Positions 1 to 8,917 are shown, counted from the stretch's first letter. The stretch: 64,000 nt of DNA from Firmicutes bacterium UBA2203 (GCA_002327235.1 DCUX01000046.1:4032-68031); one strand, 5' to 3'. The notes: a model not told the origin generated them from the letters alone. Made by a program: numbers and translations.

Positions 1-76
1 GAATAAAAATTAGTTATATGTCAAAGCACGCGACTGGCACATTCCTTGTCCTGTAAAGCTTTAAAGGTGGTGAAAA

Positions 77-1003
77 TTGTGCATGATTGACACGAAAATA
101 TTTTTATTTATTTCTAAGAAAAACAAGGAATTCATTTCGGTAAGACAAAACAAACTTGAAGTACCTTTTTTATATCTGACTAATAGTTTTCTTGCTTCCC
201 TGGAAGGAAAAAAGGTAGAGGTTTTATCAGAAGGAATAAAAACATGGTCTAGCAATATTTTCAATGACTTAGAAGTTTCAAAACTGTTGCCCGAAGAAAA
301 ACCAGGGGAGGAAACAAAACAGGACTTTGCAAAAGTCCTGGTTAAGATTGCTGTCAACGCACCTATAAAAAACATGGTGGGAGGGCTTACTGAAAAACCT
401 GTCTGTTTATCAGGTTTTGCATTGGAAGAAGATATAGTTTTTTGGCTTGAATATTTGTTAGTCTTTTGGACTATTCATTCTTGGCTTATTCCTCAAGGAA
501 AAGGTCGGGCAGGCACAAAGGGCAGGGAAACGCCTTCCCAACGGTACGCTAAGACTTACGGGACAATGCTTTTATTCCCCAATCTGCTGGACGCATTACC
601 TTTGTTGGTGCGTATTCCAGACTTACTCCAGGTGAGCACAAAAGGAAAAATGAATGTGGACTTGTGGCATTTCTGCGCCCAGAGGTGTAAGCAGTTTTCT
701 ACCCAACCGACTTCAATTGAAATTGAAGCAACGAGTAGAAAGGCTGATACAAAAGACGGCACATTAAAAACCGTCTTAGAAAAAAGAATATTTGCCGAAC
801 AATATGCTTCCAATAGTTTACTTCCTCTTGTCTGGGCTGAATTGTTGTACTGTGTTAAGAATGATATTTTTGTTCAGTTTTGCCAGGTTTGTGGCCGTCT
901 ATTCCCGGTTTGGAAAAACCTGAAAGGTATTTACTGTTCAAGGAAGTGCTATTCGGAAGGTAAACGAAGGAAGGAAACTGCAAGAAGAAAAAGCTTCCGT
1001 TGA
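77..1003 (+). CDS. Hypothetical protein with C-terminal Cys-rich (CQVCG...CSRKC) zinc-ribbon-like and basic tail
   Basis: 308-aa ORF. Start is TTG77 or ATG83 after AAAGGTGG. No family recognised. Last gene before the partial-tRNA att-like site. Confidence 0.45.
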   Translation: MCMIDTKIFLFISKKNKEFISVRQNKLEVPFLYLTNSFLASLEGKKVEVLSEGIKTWSSNIFNDLEVSKLLPEEKPGEETKQDFAKVLVKIAVNAPIKNMVGGLTEKPVCLSGFALEEDIVFWLEYLLVFWTIHSWLIPQGKGRAGTKGRETPSQRYAKTYGTMLLFPNLLDALPLLVRIPDLLQVSTKGKMNVDLWHFCAQRCKQFSTQPTSIEIEATSRKADTKDGTLKTVLEKRIFAEQYASNSLLPLVWAELLYCVKNDIFVQFCQVCGRLFPVWKNLKGIYCSRKCYSEGKRRKETARRKSFR

Positions 1004-1170
1004 CTAACTAACCCCTTTTCTTTCCTGGTCTTAACGGCTATAAATTTTCTACTAATTTTCTACCGGATGTAGCGTTAAACTATAAAACAAGACAGGAAAA
1101 CAAGTGTTCTAAATCCAGTAAAATCAACAGTTCCAGGACAGTATAAAACACCATAAAACCTAAACTAACA

Positions 1171-1216
1171 ACTGCAAAACCGTTATTCCCCGGTTCGAAT
1201 CCGGGTGCCGCCTCCA
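1171..1216 (+). other. Partial tRNA, 3' half only (anticodon loop CTGCAAA = GCA, Cys; T-arm CCCGG-TTCGAAT-CCGGG; acceptor 3' strand + CCA). Att-like remnant.
   Basis: GGTTCGAATCC T-loop and TGCCGCCTCCA 3' end are present. No complementary 5' acceptor strand (GGCGGCA), D-arm or 5' anticodon stem lies upstream. Confidence 0.6.
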
Positions 1217-1225
1217 AAAAACTAG

Positions 1226-1270
1226 AAAAGGCAAGAATTCCGAAAGTGGAAGTTCTTGTCTTTTAGTTTT
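1226..1270 (+). terminator. Rho-independent terminator-like hairpin directly after the tRNA fragment
   Basis: AAAAGGCAAGAA...TTCTTGTCTTTT stem followed by a T-rich tail. Confidence 0.55.
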
Positions 1271-1388
1271 AAAGTGATATTTTGCGGTAAACAGAAAAAC
1301 CACCCTACCTTCGTTTACATTTTACGCTGGTTTTGATAAAATGAGAGCGCGAAGAGGGAAGAAATACTTTTAAAGAGGTGTTTTTAAA

Positions 1389-1952
1389 GTGAGAAAGCCG
1401 CAGCCTCCAGCAGGGGAAATCATTCTTAATTATGATGACTATCTTAACCTGCCTGATGATGGCAACCGGTACGAAATTTTAGAGGGGGTTTTATACGTGA
1501 CGCCTTCCCCAAACACGCGGCATCAGCGTATTTCCCGCAATTTAGAATTCCTGCTTTTTGCATTTGTAAAAAAACACGACCTAGGCGAAATTTTTTATGC
1601 CCCCCTGGATGTTATCTTCAGCCACATCAGCATCACTCAGCCGGACCTGATTTTCGTCTCTCGGGAGCGGGAAGATATTCTTACTGAAAAAAACGTTCGC
1701 GGCGCTCCCGATTTGGTGGTGGAAATTCTCTCTCCCGGCACTGCTGAACGGGACCGATTTTTAAAGGCCCAGCTTTACGCCCGCTATGGTGTAGATTACT
1801 ACTGGGTTTTAAATCCGGAAGCAGAAACCATGGAGGAATACCGCCGTGAGGGACAGATCTTTCAGCTCGTAAAACGATATCAGGGACGGGTAATGGCGCA
1901 GCCAGCCCTTTTCCCGGGCCTAACCCTGGATTTAGGAGAAGTATGGGAGTAA
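1389..1952 (+). CDS. Uma2 family (DUF820) putative restriction-type endonuclease
   Basis: 187 aa. Characteristic YEILEG...P...H, PDLIFVS, APDLVVEILSPGT...D...K..Y...GV.YYW layout. Confidence 0.8.
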   Translation: MRKPQPPAGEIILNYDDYLNLPDDGNRYEILEGVLYVTPSPNTRHQRISRNLEFLLFAFVKKHDLGEIFYAPLDVIFSHISITQPDLIFVSREREDILTEKNVRGAPDLVVEILSPGTAERDRFLKAQLYARYGVDYYWVLNPEAETMEEYRREGQIFQLVKRYQGRVMAQPALFPGLTLDLGEVWE

Positions 1953-2028
1953 TAACTAGCGGCTATAATAAACATAGTCAGGGCGAATAACATTATTTAG
2001 AAAAAATCACACATTTTTAGAAAAAAGC

Positions 2029-2057
2029 TTGACATTGTCCGTTCTCGCCTATATAAT
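2029..2057 (+). promoter_or_regulatory. Consensus sigma-A-type promoter (TTGACA-17 nt-TATAAT)
   Basis: TTGACA at 2029-2034, 17-nt spacer, TATAAT at 2052-2057, immediately upstream of the riboswitch. Confidence 0.6.
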
Positions 2058-2060
2058 AAG

Positions 2061-2299
2061 GCAAAAATCGGTTTAAGTATCCCGGAACACGGTGTGAATC
2101 CGTGGCGGTCCCGCCGCTGTAACCGGTGAGGCTCTTTAATAATGGCCAATGGCCCAGTCACTGTCGGGGCACACCCCGGCGGGAAGGCAGTAAAGAGCTT
2201 ATGAACCGGGAGCCAGAAGACCTACGAGAACCAAAACAACCCGGAATCTAATGGTAAAAGGTTCCGACTGACGCCTATAGTCTGTCGGAACCTTTTTTT
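2061..2299 (+). promoter_or_regulatory. Cobalamin (B12) riboswitch with intrinsic terminator expression platform
   Basis: Conserved blocks GGTGTGAATCC, CCCGCCGCTGTAA, GTCACTG (B12-box variant), GGGAAGGC and AGCCAGAAGACCT. Terminator AAAGGTTCCGAC...GTCGGAACCTTTTTTT at 2257-2299. Confidence 0.85.
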
Positions 2300-2356
2300 A
2301 TGGACAATATAAAAACGGGGGATGTTGAATAAATAATACAAGAAAGGAGAATAAAC

Positions 2357-2464
2357 ATGAAGGAAAAGAAAGTAAAAAAAGATGTGATCGCTTATCGCAA
2401 GAGCTGCAAGGCCAAGGGAACCGGCCTATCCCACTATATTCTAATGGACAGAAAAGCGAAGTAA
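2357..2464 (+). CDS. 35-aa Lys-rich peptide (MKEKKVKKDVIAYRKSCKAKGTGLSHYILMDRKAK), candidate RiPP precursor
   Basis: SD AAAGGAG lies about 7 nt upstream. The TAA stop overlaps the ATG of the downstream rSAM gene (TAATG). It sits between the riboswitch and the maturase. Below the ORF-track size cutoff. Confidence 0.55.
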   Translation: MKEKKVKKDVIAYRKSCKAKGTGLSHYILMDRKAK

Positions 2465-3885
2465 TGGTTGCCCCTAAAAACAACAACCTTACGGGTGCGG
2501 CGGCCCCTTCGCGGGGCCGCTTCGTAAACACAGGGAACGGTCCTGTATTTCAGGCTATTGATATCGGTCACGCCGAGTATGCAGCTGTAATCGATCCGAA
2601 TACGGCCTTCTGGTTTTTAGTAAAGAGCGAAAAACTTATTGACGCAATGCTTGGGGGTGATTTAACCAGGGTCTACGCCAAAAAGACTAAACAATTCGCC
2701 GGAGAGATGAATACCCTGCGGTTTGGGCTTACACCTTCGGCGGTCTATTTTAACCCCACCGAGCGGTGCAATATGAACTGTCCCTACTGTTATATTCCCG
2801 AAAATATGCGGCGTAACGGTGAGCACATGCCCGAAAAGAAACTGCTTTTAGCCCTCGAGAAGCTAAAAACATACTTTCACCTGAACCTGCCAAAGGATTC
2901 CACGCCTCAGATCGTCTTTCATGGGGCCGAGCCCTTGCTCAATCGTCAGGCAATCTTTGCGGGCATTAAGGAATATGGCAAGGACTTTCTATTTGGCCTC
3001 CAGACCAACGCCACGCTGTTGGACGATGAGGCCGTAGAGTTTCTGACGAGCCGCAATGTGAGCATCGGACTTTCGCTGGATGCTCCAACTGCTCAGGTTG
3101 CTGCCCGTACGCGCAAGAACTGGGATGGCCAGGGAACTTTCAAGCAGGTGGTTGCGGCCATGAAGCGGCTTAACGGCTATAAAGGCTGGAGCATTATCTG
3201 TACGGTTACCAGCGCAAACCTGCGTCACCTGACAAAGTTGGTGGATTTCTTTCATGAGAAGGAAGTGCCGACGTGCCTCATGAACATCATTCGCTGTACC
3301 CTTCCGTCATCGCGTAGCCTAAAACCCGGCGACGCAGAGGCCGCCAGATGTTTCCTGGCCGCCCTGGACAGAACTTACGAACTGTATCAGCAAACCGGCC
3401 GCAAATTACCGGTGGGTAACTTTGCCAACATCCTGCTTGCCATTATTGCGCCGGCTGCCCGCCGGCTGATGTGTGACATTTCTCCCTGTGGCGGCGGGCG
3501 TTGCTTCTTCGCTTTAGCTCCTAACGGTGATATATTCCCGTGCAGTGAATTTATCGGATTGGATCGCTTCCGGGCCGGAAATTTGTTTACGGACGAAATT
3601 TCCACCGTGCTCGAAACCGAGCCGTTCCGTCTGGTCACCGGCCGAAAGGTTGAAGATATCGAGCCGTGCCGGTGTTGCGCAATACGGCATTTCTGTGGCT
3701 CTCCCTGCCCGGCCGAAGCCTACGAAATGAACGGGGGTATAAATAAGACCGGAGCATTCTGTGAATTTTATGAGGAGCAAGTGCGATATGCTTTTCGCAT
3801 CATAGCCGACGGAAAGGTTGACGCCTACCTGTGGGACGATTGGGATAAAGGCATGAAGGACACCTTTAGCCTGAGTGGCAGCTAA
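2464..3885 (+). CDS. Radical SAM / SPASM-domain peptide-modifying enzyme
   Basis: 473 aa. CNMNCPYC (CX3CX2C) motif. C-terminal Cys clusters (CDISPCGGGRC...PCSEF; CRCCAIRHFCGSPCP...FCEF) are typical of SPASM. About 95 aa of N-terminal extension could be a peptide-recognition domain. Confidence 0.9.
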   Translation: MVAPKNNNLTGAAAPSRGRFVNTGNGPVFQAIDIGHAEYAAVIDPNTAFWFLVKSEKLIDAMLGGDLTRVYAKKTKQFAGEMNTLRFGLTPSAVYFNPTERCNMNCPYCYIPENMRRNGEHMPEKKLLLALEKLKTYFHLNLPKDSTPQIVFHGAEPLLNRQAIFAGIKEYGKDFLFGLQTNATLLDDEAVEFLTSRNVSIGLSLDAPTAQVAARTRKNWDGQGTFKQVVAAMKRLNGYKGWSIICTVTSANLRHLTKLVDFFHEKEVPTCLMNIIRCTLPSSRSLKPGDAEAARCFLAALDRTYELYQQTGRKLPVGNFANILLAIIAPAARRLMCDISPCGGGRCFFALAPNGDIFPCSEFIGLDRFRAGNLFTDEISTVLETEPFRLVTGRKVEDIEPCRCCAIRHFCGSPCPAEAYEMNGGINKTGAFCEFYEEQVRYAFRIIADGKVDAYLWDDWDKGMKDTFSLSGS

Positions 3886-4111
3886 TATTACGCTGGCCTT
3901 TTTGAACGGAACTCACTTTTATGTTGGTGAAGTGTAAGGACCGACATTGCAGATTGATTTTGGATCCCCCGCTTTTATATTTTTTATATTGCCCCTTTAT
4001 AACTGCAGGTAAGCACCCTGTTTAAAAAAATTGAGTAAGATTTTTGAGAGTTTAAAAAAGGAAAACCGGGAATAATGGAGAAATAACAAATAACAACTAA
4101 GATATTTAATT

Positions 4112-5179
4112 ATGAGGTTTATTGATTCCGTGAATACTGTGGAAAATATAAAAGACGCCTATGATGTAGTTATAGTTGGCGCGGGGCCGGCGGGTCTTGA
4201 ATGCGCTAAAAATCTTGGTGGTTCTAATTTAGATGTTTTAATAGTCGAAAAAAACAAGGTCCCTGGTGAAAAAGTTTGCGCCGGCGGGGTTACTTTTAAT
4301 GACCTGGCGTATATTCCAAAGGAAATTTTAAACTTTCCCTTAAATAACTTGCACCTAAAATATAAGAAAACGAATGTTATCCTTTCGTCACCGGAAGGGC
4401 TTATTTCTTCGGTTGATAGAGTTAAGCTGGCTTGTTATCAAATAGACTACTTAAAAAAATTTAAAAATATTCAGCTCTTAACTGGGGTAAGAGTAACAAG
4501 AATAATATCAAATTTTCTTTTAGAATTAAGTCCTGGAAGACAAATTAAATTTAAATTTTTAGTTGGGGCAGATGGTTCTGTTTCTGTGGTAAGAAGGTAT
4601 TTAAGGTTACCGGCAAACAAATTAGGGATAACCTTTCAATATACACTTCATACCCTTCCCAAAAAGCTTGAATTATTTCAAGTATTTTTAGACGACAATC
4701 TTTTTGGGAGTGGTTATCTTTGGATTTTCCCCCACCAAGATTATACCCTGGTTGGTTGTGGAAGTGATCTAAAAATAATAAACCCTAAAATATTAAAATC
4801 TAACTTTAAAAAATGGCTTAGGCTACACAAATTTAATATATCGGAGGCTAAACTCAAATCAGCTTTTATAAACTATGATTACAGAGGCTATAAATTTGAT
4901 AATATTTTTTTAATTGGTGATAGTGCAGGTTTAGCCTCAGGAATAACCGGAAAGGGGATTTACCCTGCCTTCTTATCCGGCACTCAAGCGGCGAGGGATA
5001 TTATTCAGGAGCATCATTCGCAAAATCTTATTAAAGAGTGGTTAGAGAAAAAAGAAAAGCAAGAAAAATATATGTATTTTTTAAAGAATCCTGCTTTAAG
5101 GAAATTTTTTCTTTCATCAGGAATTAAGCTTCTTTCTAATAAAAAAATACAAAAAAAGGGGATCCAGGCTTTTACTTAA
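4112..5179 (+). CDS. FAD-dependent oxidoreductase, geranylgeranyl reductase-like family
   Basis: 355 aa. N-terminal VVIVGAGPAGLECA dinucleotide-binding motif and a GDSAG motif near the C-terminus. The gene is visibly AT-rich relative to its neighbours. Confidence 0.7.
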   Translation: MRFIDSVNTVENIKDAYDVVIVGAGPAGLECAKNLGGSNLDVLIVEKNKVPGEKVCAGGVTFNDLAYIPKEILNFPLNNLHLKYKKTNVILSSPEGLISSVDRVKLACYQIDYLKKFKNIQLLTGVRVTRIISNFLLELSPGRQIKFKFLVGADGSVSVVRRYLRLPANKLGITFQYTLHTLPKKLELFQVFLDDNLFGSGYLWIFPHQDYTLVGCGSDLKIINPKILKSNFKKWLRLHKFNISEAKLKSAFINYDYRGYKFDNIFLIGDSAGLASGITGKGIYPAFLSGTQAARDIIQEHHSQNLIKEWLEKKEKQEKYMYFLKNPALRKFFLSSGIKLLSNKKIQKKGIQAFT

Positions 5180-5294
5180 GGCAAATAATAATTTAAAGGC
5201 AAAAACTCAATCGTCGTCGGTGGATATAATATAAAGATATAATATAAAAATAAAAAGCCTTATTTAAAAAATTTGAGTTTAAAGGATAATCTAA

Positions 5295-5564
5295 ATGCAT
5301 TCAAAGAACAGGGTAAGTACCGCCAAAGATAAACCGGAGTATATAACCAGTATAAATAAAAAATTATGTAAACGCTGCGGTATTTGCGTCCAATTTTGTC
5401 CTCAGGGGGTTTTTACTCAGGACGAAGAAGGGTATCCGGTGGTTAAAGAGCAAGAAAAATGTACTAGTTGCCTGTCTTGTTTTTACTATTGTCCGGATTT
5501 TGCCGTAGAAGTAAAAAAACATGAGGAAGGAAAAGATAAAAAAGATGGCGGGGGAGAAAAATAA
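5295..5564 (+). CDS. 2-oxoacid:ferredoxin oxidoreductase delta subunit (2x[4Fe-4S] ferredoxin-type)
   Basis: 89 aa with two CxxCxxCxxxCP motifs (CKRCGICVQFCP, CTSCLSCFYYCP). First gene of the four-gene OFOR operon. Confidence 0.75.
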   Translation: MHSKNRVSTAKDKPEYITSINKKLCKRCGICVQFCPQGVFTQDEEGYPVVKEQEKCTSCLSCFYYCPDFAVEVKKHEEGKDKKDGGGEK

Positions 5565-6615
5565 AGTCCAGTTTCTTTCCGGTAACGAAGCTTGCGTGTG
5601 GGCCGGTATCCACGCCAAGGCCAGGTTTTTTGCCGGTTACCCGATTAGTCCGGCCACTGAAATTGCGGAAATGTGTGCCCATGAATTACCCAGGCACGGT
5701 GGTTTTTATATTCAAATGGAGGATGAAATTGGCAGTATAGCGGCGGTAATTGGCGCCAGCCTTGGAGGACTTAGAGCCTTTACCGCTACCAGCGGACCTG
5801 GTTTAGCGCTTATGCAGGAGAACATTGGTTTTGCCGCCATGGCGGAAGTTCCTTGCGTAATTATTGAGGTGCAGCGTTTTGGACCGAGTACAGGGATAGC
5901 CACCAAACCGGCCCAGAGTGACGTTATGACTACCCGCTGGGGGACACCGGGGGACCACAGTCTTATCGTTTTGGCTCCTTCCGGAGGACAAGCGTGCTAT
6001 GATTTAACTTTTGCGGCTTTTAACTTGGCGGAATTTTTCCGTACGCCGGTTATTGTCTTAACCGATGCGGTAATTGCTCATTTAAGGGAAAAAGTAACTG
6101 TTAAATCAGAAGAAGAATTATTTTTAGTTAACCGGGATAAACGGCTTTTGCGGGTTACAGGTCTGGTTCACGATAGTTTTGGTTATTCAAGCGATGTGCC
6201 TGAAGTGGCCGGGGAATTAATTACCCGTCTGGCTCAAAAAATTGAAGGACACCAGGCATTGTTACCCGGGCCGCGTTTTTACGGCCCTGAAAGCCCTGAA
6301 GTATTAATAATCTCCTTTGGTATTTCTGCCCGGGCTGCCCGGCAGGCGGTTTTTTTGGCCGAACAAGAGGGCTTAGCGGTAAGTTTACTGGAACTTCAAA
6401 CCCTGTGGCCTTTTCCTGAAGAAGAGATTAGAAAAATGGGCGCCGAAGTAAAAACGGTGTTAGTGGCCGAATTAAACAGGGGACAAGTCCAACGGGAAGT
6501 GAGGGCCTGTGGTATTTCGCCGGAGAAGGTAAGAGGAATAAACAAAATAGACACCACGGTTATTACCCCCCGTGAAATTTTAAATGAAATTTTAACGGTA
6601 ATTATAAATAATTAA
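5545..6615 (+). CDS. 2-oxoacid:ferredoxin oxidoreductase alpha subunit (KorA/VorA-like)
   Basis: The GNEA...GYPISPATEI...MEDEIGS...TATSGPGLALM pattern is typical of OFOR alpha. The ORF opens at 5521. ATG 5545 is assumed as the start. Confidence 0.85.
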   Translation: MAGEKNKVQFLSGNEACVWAGIHAKARFFAGYPISPATEIAEMCAHELPRHGGFYIQMEDEIGSIAAVIGASLGGLRAFTATSGPGLALMQENIGFAAMAEVPCVIIEVQRFGPSTGIATKPAQSDVMTTRWGTPGDHSLIVLAPSGGQACYDLTFAAFNLAEFFRTPVIVLTDAVIAHLREKVTVKSEEELFLVNRDKRLLRVTGLVHDSFGYSSDVPEVAGELITRLAQKIEGHQALLPGPRFYGPESPEVLIISFGISARAARQAVFLAEQEGLAVSLLELQTLWPFPEEEIRKMGAEVKTVLVAELNRGQVQREVRACGISPEKVRGINKIDTTVITPREILNEILTVIINN

Positions 6616-6650
6616 GCCCAGACTAAAAATCATAAAAGACGGAGAAAAAA

Positions 6651-7409
6651 ATGGTTATTCCTGATTATAAAAAATATCTGGCCGTTGAGCGCTTACCTCA
6701 TATTTGGTGTGCCGGTTGTGGAAACGGGATAATTTTAAAGGCTTTGTTGCTAGTTTTGGCGGAGTTAAATTTTAGACCCGGGGAAATTCTTTTGGCGACC
6801 GGTATTGGTTGCATCAGCCGGGCAGGCGATTACGTAAGTTTTCAGCGCTTTCAAGGTACGCACGGCCGCACCCTGGCTTTTGTTACCGGTCTTAAAATAG
6901 CCCGGCCTGCTCTTAAGGTATTTTGTTTAATTGGCGATGGTGATTGCGCCGCTATTGGCATGGGTCATTTAATCCATGCGGCCAGGCGCAATCTCGATGT
7001 TGCTGTGCTGGTGGCCAATAACTTAAATTACGGGATGACCGGGGGACAGTTTTCGCCACTTACCCCAAATAAGAGCTTAACCAGTACCTCGCGGGCGGGA
7101 AAAATCGAAGCCTCGTTAGATATTTGCCGCCTGGCGGAGGTGGCCGGTGCAAATTACGTTGCCCGGACTTCAGTTTTTTACCACGGAGAATTACGGAAAT
7201 ACATCCGGGAGGCTATTTCAAAAACAGGTTTTTCTTTGGTTGAAATATTAACCCCTTGTCCTACCTATTACGGACGTTATAACAAAATTGGCGGCCCGGA
7301 CGAGATGTTAACCTGGTTCCGGGATAAGACCGTTCCTTTAAAAAAATACCTGCAAATGGACAAACAAGAGCAAAAGGATTTTTTTTGGCGGGGTAAATTG
7401 GTGGAGTAA
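6651..7409 (+). CDS. 2-oxoacid:ferredoxin oxidoreductase beta subunit (TPP-binding)
   Basis: 252 aa. WCAGCGNG N-terminal motif and GDGD...GMGH TPP-binding region. Confidence 0.85.
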   Translation: MVIPDYKKYLAVERLPHIWCAGCGNGIILKALLLVLAELNFRPGEILLATGIGCISRAGDYVSFQRFQGTHGRTLAFVTGLKIARPALKVFCLIGDGDCAAIGMGHLIHAARRNLDVAVLVANNLNYGMTGGQFSPLTPNKSLTSTSRAGKIEASLDICRLAEVAGANYVARTSVFYHGELRKYIREAISKTGFSLVEILTPCPTYYGRYNKIGGPDEMLTWFRDKTVPLKKYLQMDKQEQKDFFWRGKLVE

Positions 7410-7462
7410 GATGCCCCTAATTTTTATTCCTATGGCAAAAAAAATGAAGAGCCGGGTGGTTA

Positions 7463-8017
7463 ATGAAGGTGAATAATACGCCTATAAATCAGCAAATAGT
7501 TTTAAGCGGGGCCGGAGGGCAGGGACTGGGCACAGGCGGTAAAATTTTAGCCGAAGCGGCAATTTTTCAAGGATTAAACGCCGCCCAGAGTCAGACGTAT
7601 GGTGCGCAGGCCCGGGGAGGAGCAAGTTACACGGAAGTGATTATCAGTTCCGGGGAAATTTTTTATCCTTTGGTGGAAAGGGCAGATTTGCTCTTAACCT
7701 TAACTCAGCCGGCTTATCATAAATATAAATCTTTTTTAGCCCCACAGGGAATAGTTATTTATGACCTGAATTACGTTCAACCAGAGCCAGATGGCAAAAC
7801 CTATGGTTTTAATATGCTTAAATATATGCGGGAAAGAAAAAATGAAAGAAGCGTAACCATCTTTGCCCTTGGGGTTATGGCCACCCATTGGCTGCCGGTA
7901 AAAAAAGAATTTATATTAGCGGCGATTGAAAACAGTTTTACCGAAAATATAGCCGCAATCAACAAACAATACTTTTTAGCCGGCTTTGATATAGCCAGAG
8001 AATTTTTTGTATTCTAG
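7463..8017 (+). CDS. 2-oxoacid:ferredoxin oxidoreductase gamma subunit
   Basis: 184 aa. The GAGGQG...A...G..A.Q...YGAQARGG pattern is typical of the gamma subunit. Confidence 0.8.
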   Translation: MKVNNTPINQQIVLSGAGGQGLGTGGKILAEAAIFQGLNAAQSQTYGAQARGGASYTEVIISSGEIFYPLVERADLLLTLTQPAYHKYKSFLAPQGIVIYDLNYVQPEPDGKTYGFNMLKYMRERKNERSVTIFALGVMATHWLPVKKEFILAAIENSFTENIAAINKQYFLAGFDIAREFFVF

Positions 8018-8044
8018 GGACACCATACTCAATTGCGCCCCTAT
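8014..8044. repeat. Possible degenerate copy of the family-A palindrome (CTAGGGACAC...GCGCCCCTAT)
   Basis: The ends resemble GTAGGGGC...GCCCCTAC. Its TAG is the stop codon of the gamma-subunit gene. Weak and degenerate. Confidence 0.3.
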
Positions 8045-8200
8045 ATTTTGAGGGCACCATATTTAATTACGTTCTCTAATCTTCCGGATTGACATAGCTT
8101 TTCCACGCGGGGTCAGTTTATACCACCTAACGCGAGCGTTTACCGGCGGTGAGCCAAACGCAGCGAGGTGAAGCCGTCCGGTGCAACGCGTTATTGGACG

Positions 8201-8917
8201 CTATTTTTTCCTTCCGATCTCTGACAGGAGATCAAGTTGTACCTCCTGGATTTGGGCAAGGCGATCCCACTGATGCGAAAGGAGATGGTCGATCTTATCA
8301 TGAAGATGCCGGATTTCAAGTTCCGCTTTCAAGTTCACCTGGTAATCATGCTGTGAGCGAAGTCGGTCCTTTGCCTCTTGTCGATTCTGGCTCATCATGA
8401 TTATCGGTGCCTGGATCGCCGCAAGGCAAGAGAGAATCAGATTCAAAAGGATGAAGGGATAGGGATCCGGAGGATGGACGACCAGTATAACTGAGTTAAT
8501 CCCGATCCACAAAGCAAGGAAAACGCCAAAGCATATAAGGAACGTCCAACTTCCACCAAATGTCGCGATTCGATCTGCTAATCTCTCACCAAAGGACCAC
8601 TTTTGATCGAACTCTTCGTCTACGTTCTTTGCGAGCAGTTCATGGTCCCGAATACTATGCAGAACTTCCTGCTCAAGGCTGGTAATCTCTCCTTTTTCAG
8701 ACTCAAGGAGGGTGTGTACATAGTTTGTTCGGTATCGCGTCAGGTCAGGTCGACAGATGAAACTTTCAGGCGACCAGTCAGAATGATCGCGGACTATTTC
8801 CGCTGAAATAACATCGCGTACGGCCGCGCCCGGAATAAGGTCTCGAAAAGAAAAATTCTTGCCGCAAACAGTACACAAATGCATGTCACTCTTCTTGTTC
8901 ATACTGACGCCTCTCAA
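8201..8917 (-). CDS. DUF1003 family membrane protein with N-terminal CxxC zinc-ribbon
   Basis: 238 aa. Shows ADRIA.FGGSW.F, two TM segments, PYPFILLNL.LS...AIQAPIIMMSQNRQ and a coiled C-terminus. Confidence 0.75.
   Translation of the reverse strand: MRGVSMNKKSDMHLCTVCGKNFSFRDLIPGAAVRDVISAEIVRDHSDWSPESFICRPDLTRYRTNYVHTLLESEKGEITSLEQEVLHSIRDHELLAKNVDEEFDQKWSFGERLADRIATFGGSWTFLICFGVFLALWIGINSVILVVHPPDPYPFILLNLILSCLAAIQAPIIMMSQNRQEAKDRLRSQHDYQVNLKAELEIRHLHDKIDHLLSHQWDRLAQIQEVQLDLLSEIGRKK

Noticed and set aside
2298-2531. 77-aa minus-strand ORF across the peptide/rSAM junction
   Set aside because: It is antisense to the riboswitch terminator, the SD-preceded peptide ORF and the rSAM start. It has no RBS.
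8046-8200. Possible relic of a PadR-like regulator C-terminus on the minus strand (…RVRWYKLTPRGK…)
   Set aside because: Only a short Y.LT..G-like resemblance, with no start, RBS or N-terminal domain. The evidence is insufficient.
8149-8400. 83-aa plus-strand ORF
   Set aside because: It overlaps the DUF1003 gene in antisense and has no recognisable features.
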